In this document: positions 17,792 through 27,303 of the stretch, one piece after another
How the letters are laid out: each line of letters starts with the position of its first letter
How positions within the stretch are numbered: position 1 is the first letter of the stretch
Virus record (IMG/VR): IMGVR_UViG_3300045988_138000
Length of the DNA: 64,000 nt
Source of the DNA: a virus
Reading direction: 5' to 3' (one strand)
Translations under genes and position numbers: made by a program
The notes under the pieces: model-generated
Seen by the model: the letters and a program-made list of their open reading frames with translations, nothing else
Databases searched by the model: none
What the model was told of the DNA's origin: nothing

Positions 17792-18466
17792 TTATATATT
17801 GCCAAAATTGTGATGGTCGTGCGAGCTGTCCTCGCCCTCCTTATTCTTATAGGGTGGGAAGTCAGCCCGCAGAAAAGCCGCCAACTCTGCCTCGTTCACA
17901 TCTCTTTTGTCCTTGTGCACGCGCTGTCGGTGTCGCAACACGTCGGGGAAGAGAATGTTCCTGATAGGATTGCCCCAGTCGAGGTCGTTGATGCTAAGAC
18001 TGTAGTCGGGATAAAACATGAGTGTATAGCCCGACAACCTTCCGCTGGGTCGTTCCGTCATGTGCCCCTGCAGTATCAGCGCACGGGCATTGTTATACAA
18101 TACCATGTGCGCCGCTACCGACGACACATCGCCGTTAAAGGTGTAGAGTATCTTGTCCTTATAGTCCTTCAGATACTTATCCATCATGTCGTCTATGTTG
18201 CGCCCCGTCGAAAGAATGAGATGGGAAATCCAGTCTCGCTCAAAGCACTGCGCCAGGAATGCCAGCATCTCGTTGGAGACCACCGGCATCGCCAGTACAA
18301 GGACGTGCCGACTGATCATCTCATAGCTGATGGCTCGATAGAACTTCTCTGCCGTCACGTCGCCGTGGGTATAGAAAGAAAGCATCCTGCGTGGAGCTTC
18401 CTTCATTGCCTTCGGCAACATCTTGTTCACACAGCAGGGAGGGATAAATAACAATGTGTCGTCCAT
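17792..18466 (-). CDS. hypothetical protein
   Basis: 224-aa ORF. It is preferred over the antisense shadow ORF 17762..18451 because it is colinear and tightly spaced to dnaN. Confidence 0.6.
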   Translation of the reverse strand: MDDTLLFIPPCCVNKMLPKAMKEAPRRMLSFYTHGDVTAEKFYRAISYEMISRHVLVLAMPVVSNEMLAFLAQCFERDWISHLILSTGRNIDDMMDKYLKDYKDKILYTFNGDVSSVAAHMVLYNNARALILQGHMTERPSGRLSGYTLMFYPDYSLSINDLDWGNPIRNILFPDVLRHRQRVHKDKRDVNEAELAAFLRADFPPYKNKEGEDSSHDHHNFGNI

Positions 18467-18487
18467 TTCTTCTTTTTCTAAAAGGGG

Positions 18488-19684
18488 TTATTCTTCAAGC
18501 AGTATAGGCATCAACAGCGTCAACGTTGTCGGTGCTGGAGTGTTGGCTGTAAGTACTCCAGCACGGCTGGGGTCGGCGAGCTGAATGCGGATGGAATCGT
18601 CAGGAATGCCCGTTACGGTATCAAGCAGGTTATGGTAGTTGAAACCTATCGTAAATCCGTCGTTGCATTTGCTGTCCGTTATCAGCACCTGGTCTTCAGC
18701 TTTCTTGCTGAAGTCAATATCACTTGCGCAGATATTCAGGAACATTCCATCCTTCTTCAATGCCACGATATGGGAACTTGCACTACTGAAGAGCGCCACA
18801 CGTTTGACGACAGAGATAAGTTCCTTCTTGTCAACGACCACGTAGTAGGGGTTATTGGTCGGGATGACAGACTTATAGTTGGGGTATTTGCCCTCCACGG
18901 CCTTGCACATGTACTCTATATCGTTGCCGGAAAAGAGGATAGCCTTTCCGTCGGTCTGGATGTCTATCTGTTCGCTGTCATCAAAGACAGACAATGTGCG
19001 GAAGAATGAGGAGTGGACCAATATCTGTGTAGGTTCTCCACTGCGATAGAAATTGCTACCGCCAGTCTCGGGGTTGTTGCTGTGGGTCACCTTGAAAAGA
19101 ATGCGTCCGTCGGTAGCGACAAAGACCACTTCGCTGCGGTCCTCTGCTATATCGATGCACAGGGTGCTCAAGATAGGACGGAGGTCATCGTTGAGAACAA
19201 ACTTGCCTGCCTTTGAAATGACTGACTTAAAGACAGACGAAGGCAGAGAGATGTGCGTCTTCTCCTGATTGAGATCTCTCGCTTCTGGGAAGTCGTCGCC
19301 GGCAAAGAAGGGCAGAGAAATGTTGCCCGACTTCACATTGTCGCCATTATGAGTGCAATACTCAATATTCATCATGTGGCTTTCGTCTTCCGACAAGTCC
19401 ATGGTGAGCACACACTCGGGAGGCAGAGTACCTAACAGGTTTGTGATGCTGACGATAGGCAATACGACGGGCTTAGAGAAGCTGCCCTCCACGATGTCGA
19501 GAGGCGCGGGGATGGTGAGCTGTGTATCGTCAGAGCCTGTGACGAAGAAGAATTTACCGTCCTTCTTGCTCTGTCGCAGAAGGACATCGGCAAGAAGGGC
19601 GACGGAAGGCTTGCTCTCAATGCCCTTTGCTGCCTTCTGCAGGGCTTGTCGAAGCAGAAGTACGGATGGAGTCTGTAATTTCAT
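18488..19684 (-). CDS. dnaN: DNA polymerase III beta subunit (sliding clamp)
   Basis: 398 aa. The N-terminus MKLQTPSVLLLRQALQKAAKGIESKPSVALLADVLL...FVTGSDDTQLTI and the C-terminus LTLLMPILLEE fit the DnaN pattern and length. Confidence 0.8.
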   Translation of the reverse strand: MKLQTPSVLLLRQALQKAAKGIESKPSVALLADVLLRQSKKDGKFFFVTGSDDTQLTIPAPLDIVEGSFSKPVVLPIVSITNLLGTLPPECVLTMDLSEDESHMMNIEYCTHNGDNVKSGNISLPFFAGDDFPEARDLNQEKTHISLPSSVFKSVISKAGKFVLNDDLRPILSTLCIDIAEDRSEVVFVATDGRILFKVTHSNNPETGGSNFYRSGEPTQILVHSSFFRTLSVFDDSEQIDIQTDGKAILFSGNDIEYMCKAVEGKYPNYKSVIPTNNPYYVVVDKKELISVVKRVALFSSASSHIVALKKDGMFLNICASDIDFSKKAEDQVLITDSKCNDGFTIGFNYHNLLDTVTGIPDDSIRIQLADPSRAGVLTANTPAPTTLTLLMPILLEE

Positions 19685-19720
19685 ATACTGAATGTTTTAT
19701 ATTTTTACTAAGGAAAGAGT

Positions 19721-19785
19721 GAGGAGTCCGCTCTGCAATTCTGAAGGGGAAAGCATCCTTCGCAGAAACAGAGTCGGACTGCCTC
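19721..19785. other. long imperfect hairpin between the SSB-like gene and dnaN
   Basis: gaggagtccgctctg ... cagagtcggactgcctc, with an inner ctgaagg/ccttcgcag stem. Confidence 0.5.
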
Positions 19786-19822
19786 GTCAAACAACTAAAG
19801 ATTAGAAAATGAATATTCTTTT

Positions 19823-20431
19823 TTAGAATGGCAGGTCGTCGGGATTCATATCCGCATCTGGTACAAACGGATCGGAAGAGCCGTCGGCTGGTGGTACGTA
19901 AGTATTGGCGCCGTTGACTGCCGAATAAGCCTGTGTAGGATAAGGCTGGCTGTTGCCTGTCGACTGTGGCTGGTATAATTGTGCGATACGCTTGTTCATC
20001 CTGGCACGGATAGCCTTGAAGAGATGAGTGTTCTCATCATTGAAATTTTCATTCACGATGTTGGGATCTTTCTCTTTGTTGGCCTCTTTCACCTGCTCTA
20101 CCAACTTAGGGAAGTTTTTAGCGATAGCCTTGATATAGTCTACTGAGAAAGACAGTTGCATCTCGTGTGTAGGAACACTCACGTTACTGTCGCCTCGCTC
20201 CTGAGCAGACTGGCGCACCTTGTTCTTGTACTGTTCGTTGAAAGGCCAAATGTTCACTCTCAACTTAGCCATTTGTCTGTTTGCGTCATTCTTCGACACT
20301 TCCACTCTAATCTCGTTGAGGTCACAAGGAATACAAACGTAGGGTCTTTGTGGATTTTTCGCATCGATACCTACAAGCACCTGTGTGCCATTCAACGATA
20401 ACAAATCAATATTACCATTATAGCTTGCCAT
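19823..20431 (-). CDS. single-stranded DNA-binding protein-like (non-canonical N-terminal domain)
   Basis: The C-terminus has a Q/P/G/S-rich linker ending in ...DADMNPDDLPF, the acidic-tip signature of bacterial and phage SSBs. It sits beside dnaN and the primase. Confidence 0.55.
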   Translation of the reverse strand: MASYNGNIDLLSLNGTQVLVGIDAKNPQRPYVCIPCDLNEIRVEVSKNDANRQMAKLRVNIWPFNEQYKNKVRQSAQERGDSNVSVPTHEMQLSFSVDYIKAIAKNFPKLVEQVKEANKEKDPNIVNENFNDENTHLFKAIRARMNKRIAQLYQPQSTGNSQPYPTQAYSAVNGANTYVPPADGSSDPFVPDADMNPDDLPF

Positions 20432-20480
20432 AATTTATTGTTTTTATGTTGTTAAAAAATTAATATCCTTTCCGATTCTG

Positions 20481-23400
20481 TCAGAATGGTAGACCATTGT
20501 CTTCCATCTTGGGTACCTGTTCCGCCAGGTTACTGCCATTGTTGGCGTTCTGATTACCTGTTCTTCTGCCCTGTCGACGGGAAACGAAAGTCTTCCATCG
20601 TTCTTCCTCCTCGGTGGTGAGTGTGATGATGTTGCCATCGTCATCACGGTAAGGCAATGGGTCTGGTCCCTCGACATATTCTTTTGCCATCCGTTTCAGG
20701 TCATCGTAATTGTCGGGTATATGGTCTTTACCTGAACGGAAGAAGAAATACACGTGCTTGCTGGTTTCCACCTTTCGGATGTATTTCGGCTCTACGGTAT
20801 CGTCGTTCTCCCACTCCTTGCCGACGAAGTATTCCTTCGTTACCCATGCACGGAGCTTAAAGCATCCATGCCGCTTGTTGTCCTCGCTCACCAGAAGGTG
20901 TTCGGGATTCACAATGATATTCATGTTCTTGCAGTACTTGCGTATCTTCTTCTTGAAGGTGGCACGGCTATATTCCTTGCTCTTACCTTCGGAAGCATCC
21001 GCCCAATCGCGCATGAACTCATTAAACATCTCATCGGTACAGATAGGCGCGGCATACACCTCCTGCCGGGCAAAGAACCACTCAAAGTACTTCACGGAGT
21101 TCTCGGTCAGCTCTCTTACCATCAGTCGGCGCTGTACGTTCTTCTGCGGTGCGATGACGAACTCATGATATTTCATGATAAACTGCACGGACAAGGCACA
21201 GATGTATATCGCCTGGTTGCGGTCGTATTCATTCAACTGCTCGGGGTCAGTAGCGAGATTTTTCATGACCTCCTGTGGTGATCGGGCCAACTGATGCTGC
21301 ATGTGGTTCGCACGACAGAAGCGGTCGGATAAAGACACCAAGGGGAAACGTCCGATCGTCGACGAGTCATCATCACTCAACTGCGAATTGCTGGTAATCA
21401 CGTTGACAGGTGAGTCCTCCAACTTGAGTGTCACCGGGTCACCAAACTTTCGCTCTATCATCGCTCCTGCTGTAACCTTGTTGTAGAAGTACTTCATCGG
21501 GAATGAAGCAGGCTTATCTTCCCAATGTATCAACCTATACTTACCTGGATATATCAGGAGGTTGGAAAGACTGAACTGGGCATTATTGATAGTCGTAAAA
21601 TTCTTCATGTCGACACGCAGGACGTTGATAGCCGAAGCAACAAACGTGTTGACCAACAGCGATTTTCCAGAGCCGCCACTCGCCTCTTTCTCGTCTTCCA
21701 CCTGATCTTCCAAGAGGTAAGGACAGACACTCTGCATGTCCTTCCAGGAGCGATAGCAGATACGGCCAATGCAGGAAATCATGTTAGCGAAATGAGAATT
21801 GATGGTAGCCACTGCGGTGGAGTCCAATTCTTTCTTGTTGCGTATGGCATCCTGCTCCAGTCGCCATAATGTATTGGAACAGCCGCGTATGACTCGCAAT
21901 ACAGGCCACAGCTCTTTCTCCTGCTTGCCGTGCCAGTCAACTTGCCACCTGAAGGTCTGCGCCCATTCGCTTAACTCAACGCGCATCTGCGTGATTTCCT
22001 CGTTGCTGAAAACAGGCGATCCGTCCTCATTGCGCATGACCGCCTTTTGGTCAATAGCACTTTTGCGGTCGAGATATTCCTGACTCTCACTGATGGTGAA
22101 AGGCGCATGAAACACCCTCATCGTGAAGTCGTAAGGCTTCTTTGCCAAAGCTGGGATGAAGAAGTTGATATGGTCGTAACTGACAGGAGTGATGGCCTCC
22201 GGCGTGATTTTCAATGCCACGTTGCGGAAGAAGAAATATTCCATCCGCTCATTGAAAGACTCGTTGAAGTCAATGACCATCGACTGCAAACCTCCAGCCG
22301 ATTTCTCTGAGAAGTTTTTGTCGATAAGGTTGGCTGCATCCGACATCATGCGCTGTTCCTCATCGTTATATCGCCAACTTTGCTCGATAAACTCAAGGAG
22401 TTTGGTCTTCACAGCCTGGATAATGCTCTTCGAGTCGATATACTCTACGAAGCATCGGTCAAGGTGTATGAATTGGCCCACGAGGTCGGTGCTCTCAGGG
22501 TCTATCATTCGATAATAGCCTAACGAGGTCATAAAAAGCCACACCTTTGTAGGACTTACCTTACAGGTCGGTGGCTTGGGCTTACCGCTTCTTGGGTCAC
22601 GGGGATATTCTATCTCGAAAGGGTCGGTATTGTTGGCACCGCGCAATTTTGAATACAGAGGCAAACGAATATCATGATCGAAACGGAAATTATCTGCATC
22701 GGTCATGCGAAACGTCAACATATAATCGCGTACACTACGAGGGGAACAGCCATAGAGCCACTGCCATCGCTGGTTATATCTCACCCTGAAAGCATCAGGC
22801 AACATCGCATAACAAAGATCGCTATACTTGGTGGCAATAGCACCGCAGTCGCGCTGACTGCTGATGTCGTTAGGGTATAGCATGATGATTTTTTCGGCGA
22901 AACGCTTCATCTTCTGGTACTGCACAGCGTTGAAGTCCAGTTTCTCCTGTCGCCACTGACCGCGGTCGATATACCAGAAGTTTCTTCTTCCTACTGAGAA
23001 GGCTACATGATACCAGCATTTCTGCTGAAAATGAGTGTCGCCATCTTTATCCTTACGAAGGGACCGCATGGCATAATAGATGCTGATTGCATCCTCGGGA
23101 GTCCGGCAGAAAATGATGTTCTGCGCCTTGATGGCTGCTGCCGGAATTTCTTCGTCTTCCTGGTGGAAAGTACCTTTTGGCGTACCGTCCTTCAATTCAT
23201 TCTCCACCCATATTTTTTTGTTTTCGGTGTAGACTTCATCGGGCTGCCACTTACTGATGGCAGCATGGACGCCCGTCGTGTTGGAGTCACGATGGTCCAT
23301 GGCGTAAGTGAACACCTTGTCGCCCATCAGCCACCGGCTTACTTTTTTGACGGAGTGCTCTTCGGTAGTGGAAAAGACGATGGGGGACTGCTGCATGGCA

Positions 23401-24161
23401 GGACGGAAAAGGCAACCGCAAGAGCCCTGCGGCGCAATCACATCAGTAGCAAAACAGACAAAGAGGGGATTCCATGGCGTGCCATAAATAACCTCGCTTA
23501 CCTGCTTGCCATCTCTTACGGCATTAGGTAATGTCACTTGGTCAACCGCATAGATACGAAAATCGTCATTCAACATCTTTGTGTTGAAATCCCGACCGAA
23601 ACCGAAAGAAGGCAAGCCTTTTACCATTGTCACCTCGCAGCCCAAAGCAGCCAGTTCCTGTGGATTAAAATCAACCTTTGGGATAAAAGAAAAGGTGTCA
23701 ATATTCTGCACGGCAATGGTGCGATAGTCCATCTTGGAGAAGAGCATAGGATATTTCGCCCTCACGTTCTCAGCATCGCCGTACACTCTTACCACAAGAT
23801 CGTGGCAAAGACGGAGCAGACTGGCTCCGTGCATAGGCAGATTGCGCATGGCAGCATATAGTTCCAGGGCTCCATATCCATGTTTGCCGGTCTTGGTACA
23901 CATCCACCTCACGGCACCATGCTCTGCCTGTCTGTCATCATCCACCCCTACACCATTATAGAGACCACCTCGCTCGTCCTTATAAATAATAAGGTGCGGT
24001 GTCTGTTTCGCTTTGCTTCCGGCATCGTCATTAGCTGCCTCCTTCTGGCAGAAGGGACAGAAACAAGCTGTCTGTCCCTCGATACACTGGTTCTCGGCAG
24101 GCTTCACGAGAAAAGTCATGTCGAGATTGGCAAGCTGGTTGATGATAGGATGAAATAACAT
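20481..24161 (-). CDS. primase-helicase-like replication protein
   Basis: 1226 aa. The N-terminal zinc-finger-like CFCPFCQ...WMCTKTGKHGYGALELY resembles the DnaG CHC2 type. There is a central P-loop, EASGGSGKSLLVN. Confidence 0.7.
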   Translation of the reverse strand: MLFHPIINQLANLDMTFLVKPAENQCIEGQTACFCPFCQKEAANDDAGSKAKQTPHLIIYKDERGGLYNGVGVDDDRQAEHGAVRWMCTKTGKHGYGALELYAAMRNLPMHGASLLRLCHDLVVRVYGDAENVRAKYPMLFSKMDYRTIAVQNIDTFSFIPKVDFNPQELAALGCEVTMVKGLPSFGFGRDFNTKMLNDDFRIYAVDQVTLPNAVRDGKQVSEVIYGTPWNPLFVCFATDVIAPQGSCGCLFRPAMQQSPIVFSTTEEHSVKKVSRWLMGDKVFTYAMDHRDSNTTGVHAAISKWQPDEVYTENKKIWVENELKDGTPKGTFHQEDEEIPAAAIKAQNIIFCRTPEDAISIYYAMRSLRKDKDGDTHFQQKCWYHVAFSVGRRNFWYIDRGQWRQEKLDFNAVQYQKMKRFAEKIIMLYPNDISSQRDCGAIATKYSDLCYAMLPDAFRVRYNQRWQWLYGCSPRSVRDYMLTFRMTDADNFRFDHDIRLPLYSKLRGANNTDPFEIEYPRDPRSGKPKPPTCKVSPTKVWLFMTSLGYYRMIDPESTDLVGQFIHLDRCFVEYIDSKSIIQAVKTKLLEFIEQSWRYNDEEQRMMSDAANLIDKNFSEKSAGGLQSMVIDFNESFNERMEYFFFRNVALKITPEAITPVSYDHINFFIPALAKKPYDFTMRVFHAPFTISESQEYLDRKSAIDQKAVMRNEDGSPVFSNEEITQMRVELSEWAQTFRWQVDWHGKQEKELWPVLRVIRGCSNTLWRLEQDAIRNKKELDSTAVATINSHFANMISCIGRICYRSWKDMQSVCPYLLEDQVEDEKEASGGSGKSLLVNTFVASAINVLRVDMKNFTTINNAQFSLSNLLIYPGKYRLIHWEDKPASFPMKYFYNKVTAGAMIERKFGDPVTLKLEDSPVNVITSNSQLSDDDSSTIGRFPLVSLSDRFCRANHMQHQLARSPQEVMKNLATDPEQLNEYDRNQAIYICALSVQFIMKYHEFVIAPQKNVQRRLMVRELTENSVKYFEWFFARQEVYAAPICTDEMFNEFMRDWADASEGKSKEYSRATFKKKIRKYCKNMNIIVNPEHLLVSEDNKRHGCFKLRAWVTKEYFVGKEWENDDTVEPKYIRKVETSKHVYFFFRSGKDHIPDNYDDLKRMAKEYVEGPDPLPYRDDDGNIITLTTEEEERWKTFVSRRQGRRTGNQNANNGSNLAEQVPKMEDNGLPF

Positions 24162-24279
24162 ATCTCGTTGTTAGTATATATTAGTTAAAAGAAAGAAAAA
24201 CCGACCGAAGCGGACAGGCAAAACTTTTAGAGACAACCATCGTCTTGGCTCATACACGAAGGCAAATGAATCAAAGATA

Positions 24280-24690
24280 CTTTCTATCTTCAAGAATCCA
24301 CTGTACTCCGCATATTTCCGAGGTCGTAGTGTACTTTCGTACTCTACTCCAGAGCTTTCGACAATGGTATATGAGTGAAGCCGCGGACATTTCTGTTACC
24401 GCTATCCGCTTCCATGGCTGAGGTCGGTCTTTCGTTTCTTTTCATATTTTTTCTTCTTAAAAGGAAAGGCAACAGCGATGCGCCAAACTTCAGAGTTGAA
24501 CAACACTTTTTGATGCAGGTTTTCATGACTATTCTCTCAGGCTTACCTACCTCGTTTTGTGCTGCCGTATGATTATCAGAGAGGTATTGCTACACTCTCC
24601 ATCGCTGCGCCTTCCCCGTGAGTGGGACTCGCTCTAAGAACAAATCCCTATATATATGGAACACGATATGGCAAAAACGTGTTTAGGGCT
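24280..24690 (-). ncRNA. candidate structured non-coding RNA (unknown class)
   Basis: A stop-rich, about 410-nt stretch. A 13-bp long-range helix pairs 24466-24480 with 24600-24613. A 9-bp hairpin with a GAAA loop on the minus strand lies at 24326-24347, with several further stems. Confidence 0.35.
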
Positions 24691-24691
24691 T

Positions 24692-25186
24692 TTATAAATT
24701 CAGAAATGTTTCCAGCCGATAGTGCCGGACGGTGCAGTTGCATATCGCCTGGCACTTATATACAAGCAAGCGAGTGAACTCTGTAAGCGAGATAAACTGC
24801 TCGTCAAGTCCTATTATCTGCACTTCCGTTCTCCAGTAGCACTTCCTATTCTTCCATCGGCAGGAATGACTCTCCATGATGCGCAAGTCTTTCACTCTGC
24901 CCGCCATCAGGGGATAGAAGTATTGGCATACATCTTTCAGGAGCTCAAACGGCGCATAGAACAATAAGGTGGGTATCTCGTCATCCAATCCTCTCTTCGT
25001 CTCTGTGTAGGCGAGACGATGCAGGAAGTTGTGTTTGGAATGGCGTCCAGCCTTGGATATATTCTTGCGGTTGGGAACGTATGGCATCCACAGATAATCC
25101 TTTCGTATGATTTTTGCCACGGCTACATTTCTGTTTGCAAACGACAAGAACTGAACGCATCGTGTACCATTCCCATCATCTTCCAT
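24692..25186 (-). CDS. hypothetical protein
   Basis: 164-aa ORF. It overlaps the exonuclease 3' end by 64 nt, and an alternative start exists at 25087. No recognisable motif. Confidence 0.45.
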   Translation of the reverse strand: MEDDGNGTRCVQFLSFANRNVAVAKIIRKDYLWMPYVPNRKNISKAGRHSKHNFLHRLAYTETKRGLDDEIPTLLFYAPFELLKDVCQYFYPLMAGRVKDLRIMESHSCRWKNRKCYWRTEVQIIGLDEQFISLTEFTRLLVYKCQAICNCTVRHYRLETFLNL

Positions 25187-25824
25187 GTGGAAAGAATGCT
25201 GCGCTTACAATCATATATGGGAGAATGGGTAGCCCCGTTGTTCAGTCCGTAGATAACGAAATCGGTCTCTCTTTCGTCCGTAAGCGCATAAGCTTTATCT
25301 GTTGTAAACTCTTCTTCGTCCGAGATGAAACAACGAGCCATCTCCAAATAGTAAGTACGATGGTCACGAAAATTGGTGTGCTTAATGCCGAAGCGAAGCC
25401 CCATCTTGTGACAGATGTTGCGCAGTATCGCCACGTCAAAGTCGGTGCCCTGCGCCCAGAGATAAATCTCGTCTTCGTGAAGTTTCGTGCGGGTGTCCTC
25501 CATCCAGTCCATGAGGTCCTTTACAACCACGTCGATGGGCTGGCAGGGGCAATCCTCGCTGTCGTTGTCAAGAAGGGCTGCCTTTGCTTCGTCATTCTGA
25601 CGAGCCCACCAGTCTGCCGTACTCTGATCGAAGGTAAAGCCGTTCAGAAACTCGCTTCTCAAGTCTACATGTTCGGTAAACTCAGGAAAACTCAATCTAC
25701 CGTCATTCTCGCCGAAGAATGGACTTCTGTCACCATTCCGATCCCATGCCACTGCCGCAATACTCATTACTGCAGCAGTGGGGGCAAGCGAACACGTTTC
25801 AAGATCTACTGTAATATCAATCAT
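25123..25824 (-). CDS. DEDDh-type 3'-5' exonuclease
   Basis: Trimmed to the ATG at 25824. MIDITVDLETCS (D-x-E), WAQGTDFDVAIL and HSPIYDC (H-x4-D). Confidence 0.7.
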   Translation of the reverse strand: MIDITVDLETCSLAPTAAVMSIAAVAWDRNGDRSPFFGENDGRLSFPEFTEHVDLRSEFLNGFTFDQSTADWWARQNDEAKAALLDNDSEDCPCQPIDVVVKDLMDWMEDTRTKLHEDEIYLWAQGTDFDVAILRNICHKMGLRFGIKHTNFRDHRTYYLEMARCFISDEEEFTTDKAYALTDERETDFVIYGLNNGATHSPIYDCKRSILSTWKMMGMVHDAFSSCRLQTEM

Positions 25825-25871
25825 TTGCAATTAAAACTCTATATATTATAATAAAGGTATAAGAAATCTTC

Positions 25872-26360
25872 TTACTTACTCATATACTCCCTCAGTAAAG
25901 AGGTGATGCCCTCCTGCTCCCAAGGTTTCCAATCATCGGAACTGAAGCGCTTGATGGTAACACCCATGCACATGCCTTTGTCTTGCATAAATCGGAAGAA
26001 ACGAGTGCAAAGTCCCTTCTCTTTTTTCAGACAGGCATAGAACACACCAGGCTCGTCGCTACAAGCCATGTCATAGAGAGATTTTCCTTCTCCGTCATTG
26101 TCAGTATCAGGCGCAGTCTCGTGGCTCTTCAGTACTTCAGCTATTTCGGGGATAGACAGGAACTGGCGTTTGCACTCCTTTGTTCCCATAATCTCCCAAA
26201 GAGAAAAGCCCTTCTGAAAGAACCGCAGATAGAAGGTTGGACTGGTAAATCCTTTCTCAAGTAAGAAGCTCGATAAATGCTTCTTTTCATCGGGCGTCAT
26301 GTCTTTGACATCTAACGCAGTACTTGGGATAGAGATTTTTTCTATATTTTCCTTTGTCAT
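25872..26360 (-). CDS. hypothetical protein, first gene of the leftward operon
   Basis: Trimmed to the ATG at 26360 (MTKENIEKISIP...). The upstream part of the track ORF is AT-rich promoter sequence. Confidence 0.6.
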   Translation of the reverse strand: MTKENIEKISIPSTALDVKDMTPDEKKHLSSFLLEKGFTSPTFYLRFFQKGFSLWEIMGTKECKRQFLSIPEIAEVLKSHETAPDTDNDGEGKSLYDMACSDEPGVFYACLKKEKGLCTRFFRFMQDKGMCMGVTIKRFSSDDWKPWEQEGITSLLREYMSK

Positions 26361-26386
26361 TTGAAATCTTTTGATTAAATTTGTTG

Positions 26387-26474
26387 CAAATTTAAGAATT
26401 AAAACCGAAACTATAATATATCTCGGGTATTTTCTTTCTTTAATTTGCAAGATTTAACTTATCCGAGGTATTTT
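26387..26474. promoter_or_regulatory. divergent promoter/operator region
   Basis: The minus-strand -7 box TAAATTTG lies at 26394-26387 and a near-mirror box, ttaatttg, lies on the plus strand at 26440-26447. The repeated site atatctcgggtatttt (26418-26433) and ttatccgaggtatttt (26459-26474) also occurs at 16269-16284. Confidence 0.55.
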
Positions 26475-26525
26475 GAGATAAATAACGGCGAATAGCCGAG
26501 GTGTAATATTATAATTTTAACAATT

Positions 26526-27239
26526 ATGAAGTACGAGTACAATTATTCCTTCCTTGAGAGATGGATGTCAGCCAACGAAAAGATAGATGGCAAGCGAATA
26601 TTACAGGCTATTGGGTCTACCAGTAATCAAAGTCTAAGACTGTATCTGGACAGAAAATGTCCGATGCCTGTCATCAGCATTCTTCGCTTTTGCAACACGT
26701 TCCATGTACCTATCTCAGCTTTCATTGTCGACAAAGAAAAATATCTTGGATATGCCGAAGATTCTAAAGGTATAGAGACAGAAAGTGAGGTCATCCCACT
26801 CGACAGCGACGCTTTTGAGCCTGTTGAAGGCTATATCAAGAACGGCGAGAAGCGGACACACGGCAGTCGTTCTCTTCGTAACCCGATAGACGTAGAACAG
26901 CAAACATCTATCGTTCCCGGCATCATCTTCAAGAAGAATATCAGTTGTGAGCCATCGGGTTGCGCGACAATCACAGACCATAGAGCGGATGCTGAAGTGG
27001 TAGAGTCGAAGACTCCTGACGAAAACACTCCCATCACTGATGTTACAGAAGCAAACTACAGCAGAAACTTGGTTGACCGTCTTTTGGGAATCATCAATGA
27101 GCAACAGAAACTGATGAATGACCAACAAAAAGAGATTGCTGCACTCACCAAGCAGCTACTTGAGGTAAGAGCAAACGGCAATGCGATGGTACGAAATACG
27201 ATGATGGGCATAGCCGCAGACGACATCCATCATGAGTGA
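26526..27239 (+). CDS. HTH transcriptional regulator (repressor candidate) with a coiled-coil C-terminus
   Basis: One of only three credible plus-strand genes. The XRE-like segment is ILQAIGSTSNQSLRLYLDRKCPMPVISILRFCNTFHVPISAF. The C-terminus contains QQKLMNDQQKEIAALTKQLLE. Confidence 0.6.
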   Translation: MKYEYNYSFLERWMSANEKIDGKRILQAIGSTSNQSLRLYLDRKCPMPVISILRFCNTFHVPISAFIVDKEKYLGYAEDSKGIETESEVIPLDSDAFEPVEGYIKNGEKRTHGSRSLRNPIDVEQQTSIVPGIIFKKNISCEPSGCATITDHRADAEVVESKTPDENTPITDVTEANYSRNLVDRLLGIINEQQKLMNDQQKEIAALTKQLLEVRANGNAMVRNTMMGIAADDIHHE

Positions 27240-27271
27240 GTGACATTTCACCCACAGGTATGAACAAAGAA

Positions 27272-27303
27272 GCAGCCATCTATCCTCACGGACGGATGGC
27301 TGC
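27272..27303. terminator. hairpin between convergent genes
   Basis: gcagccatc-tatcctcacggacg-gatggctgc: a 9-bp stem. Confidence 0.55.

Noticed and set aside
17762-18451. 229-aa plus-strand ORF antisense to 17792..18466. Similar long shadow ORFs occur at 25114..25851, 34536..35228, 39148..39852, 53332..54369 and 62930..63619.
   Set aside because: Each lies fully inside a longer or motif-bearing minus-strand gene (exonuclease, ligase, fibre proteins). Each would break the tight colinear operon structure, and their compositions are biased toward Arg, Leu and Val.
24344-24572. 60-65-aa ORFs on both strands in the primase-upstream gap
   Set aside because: They have no start context and overlap each other on opposite strands. 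The region is otherwise stop-rich and better explained by RNA helices.
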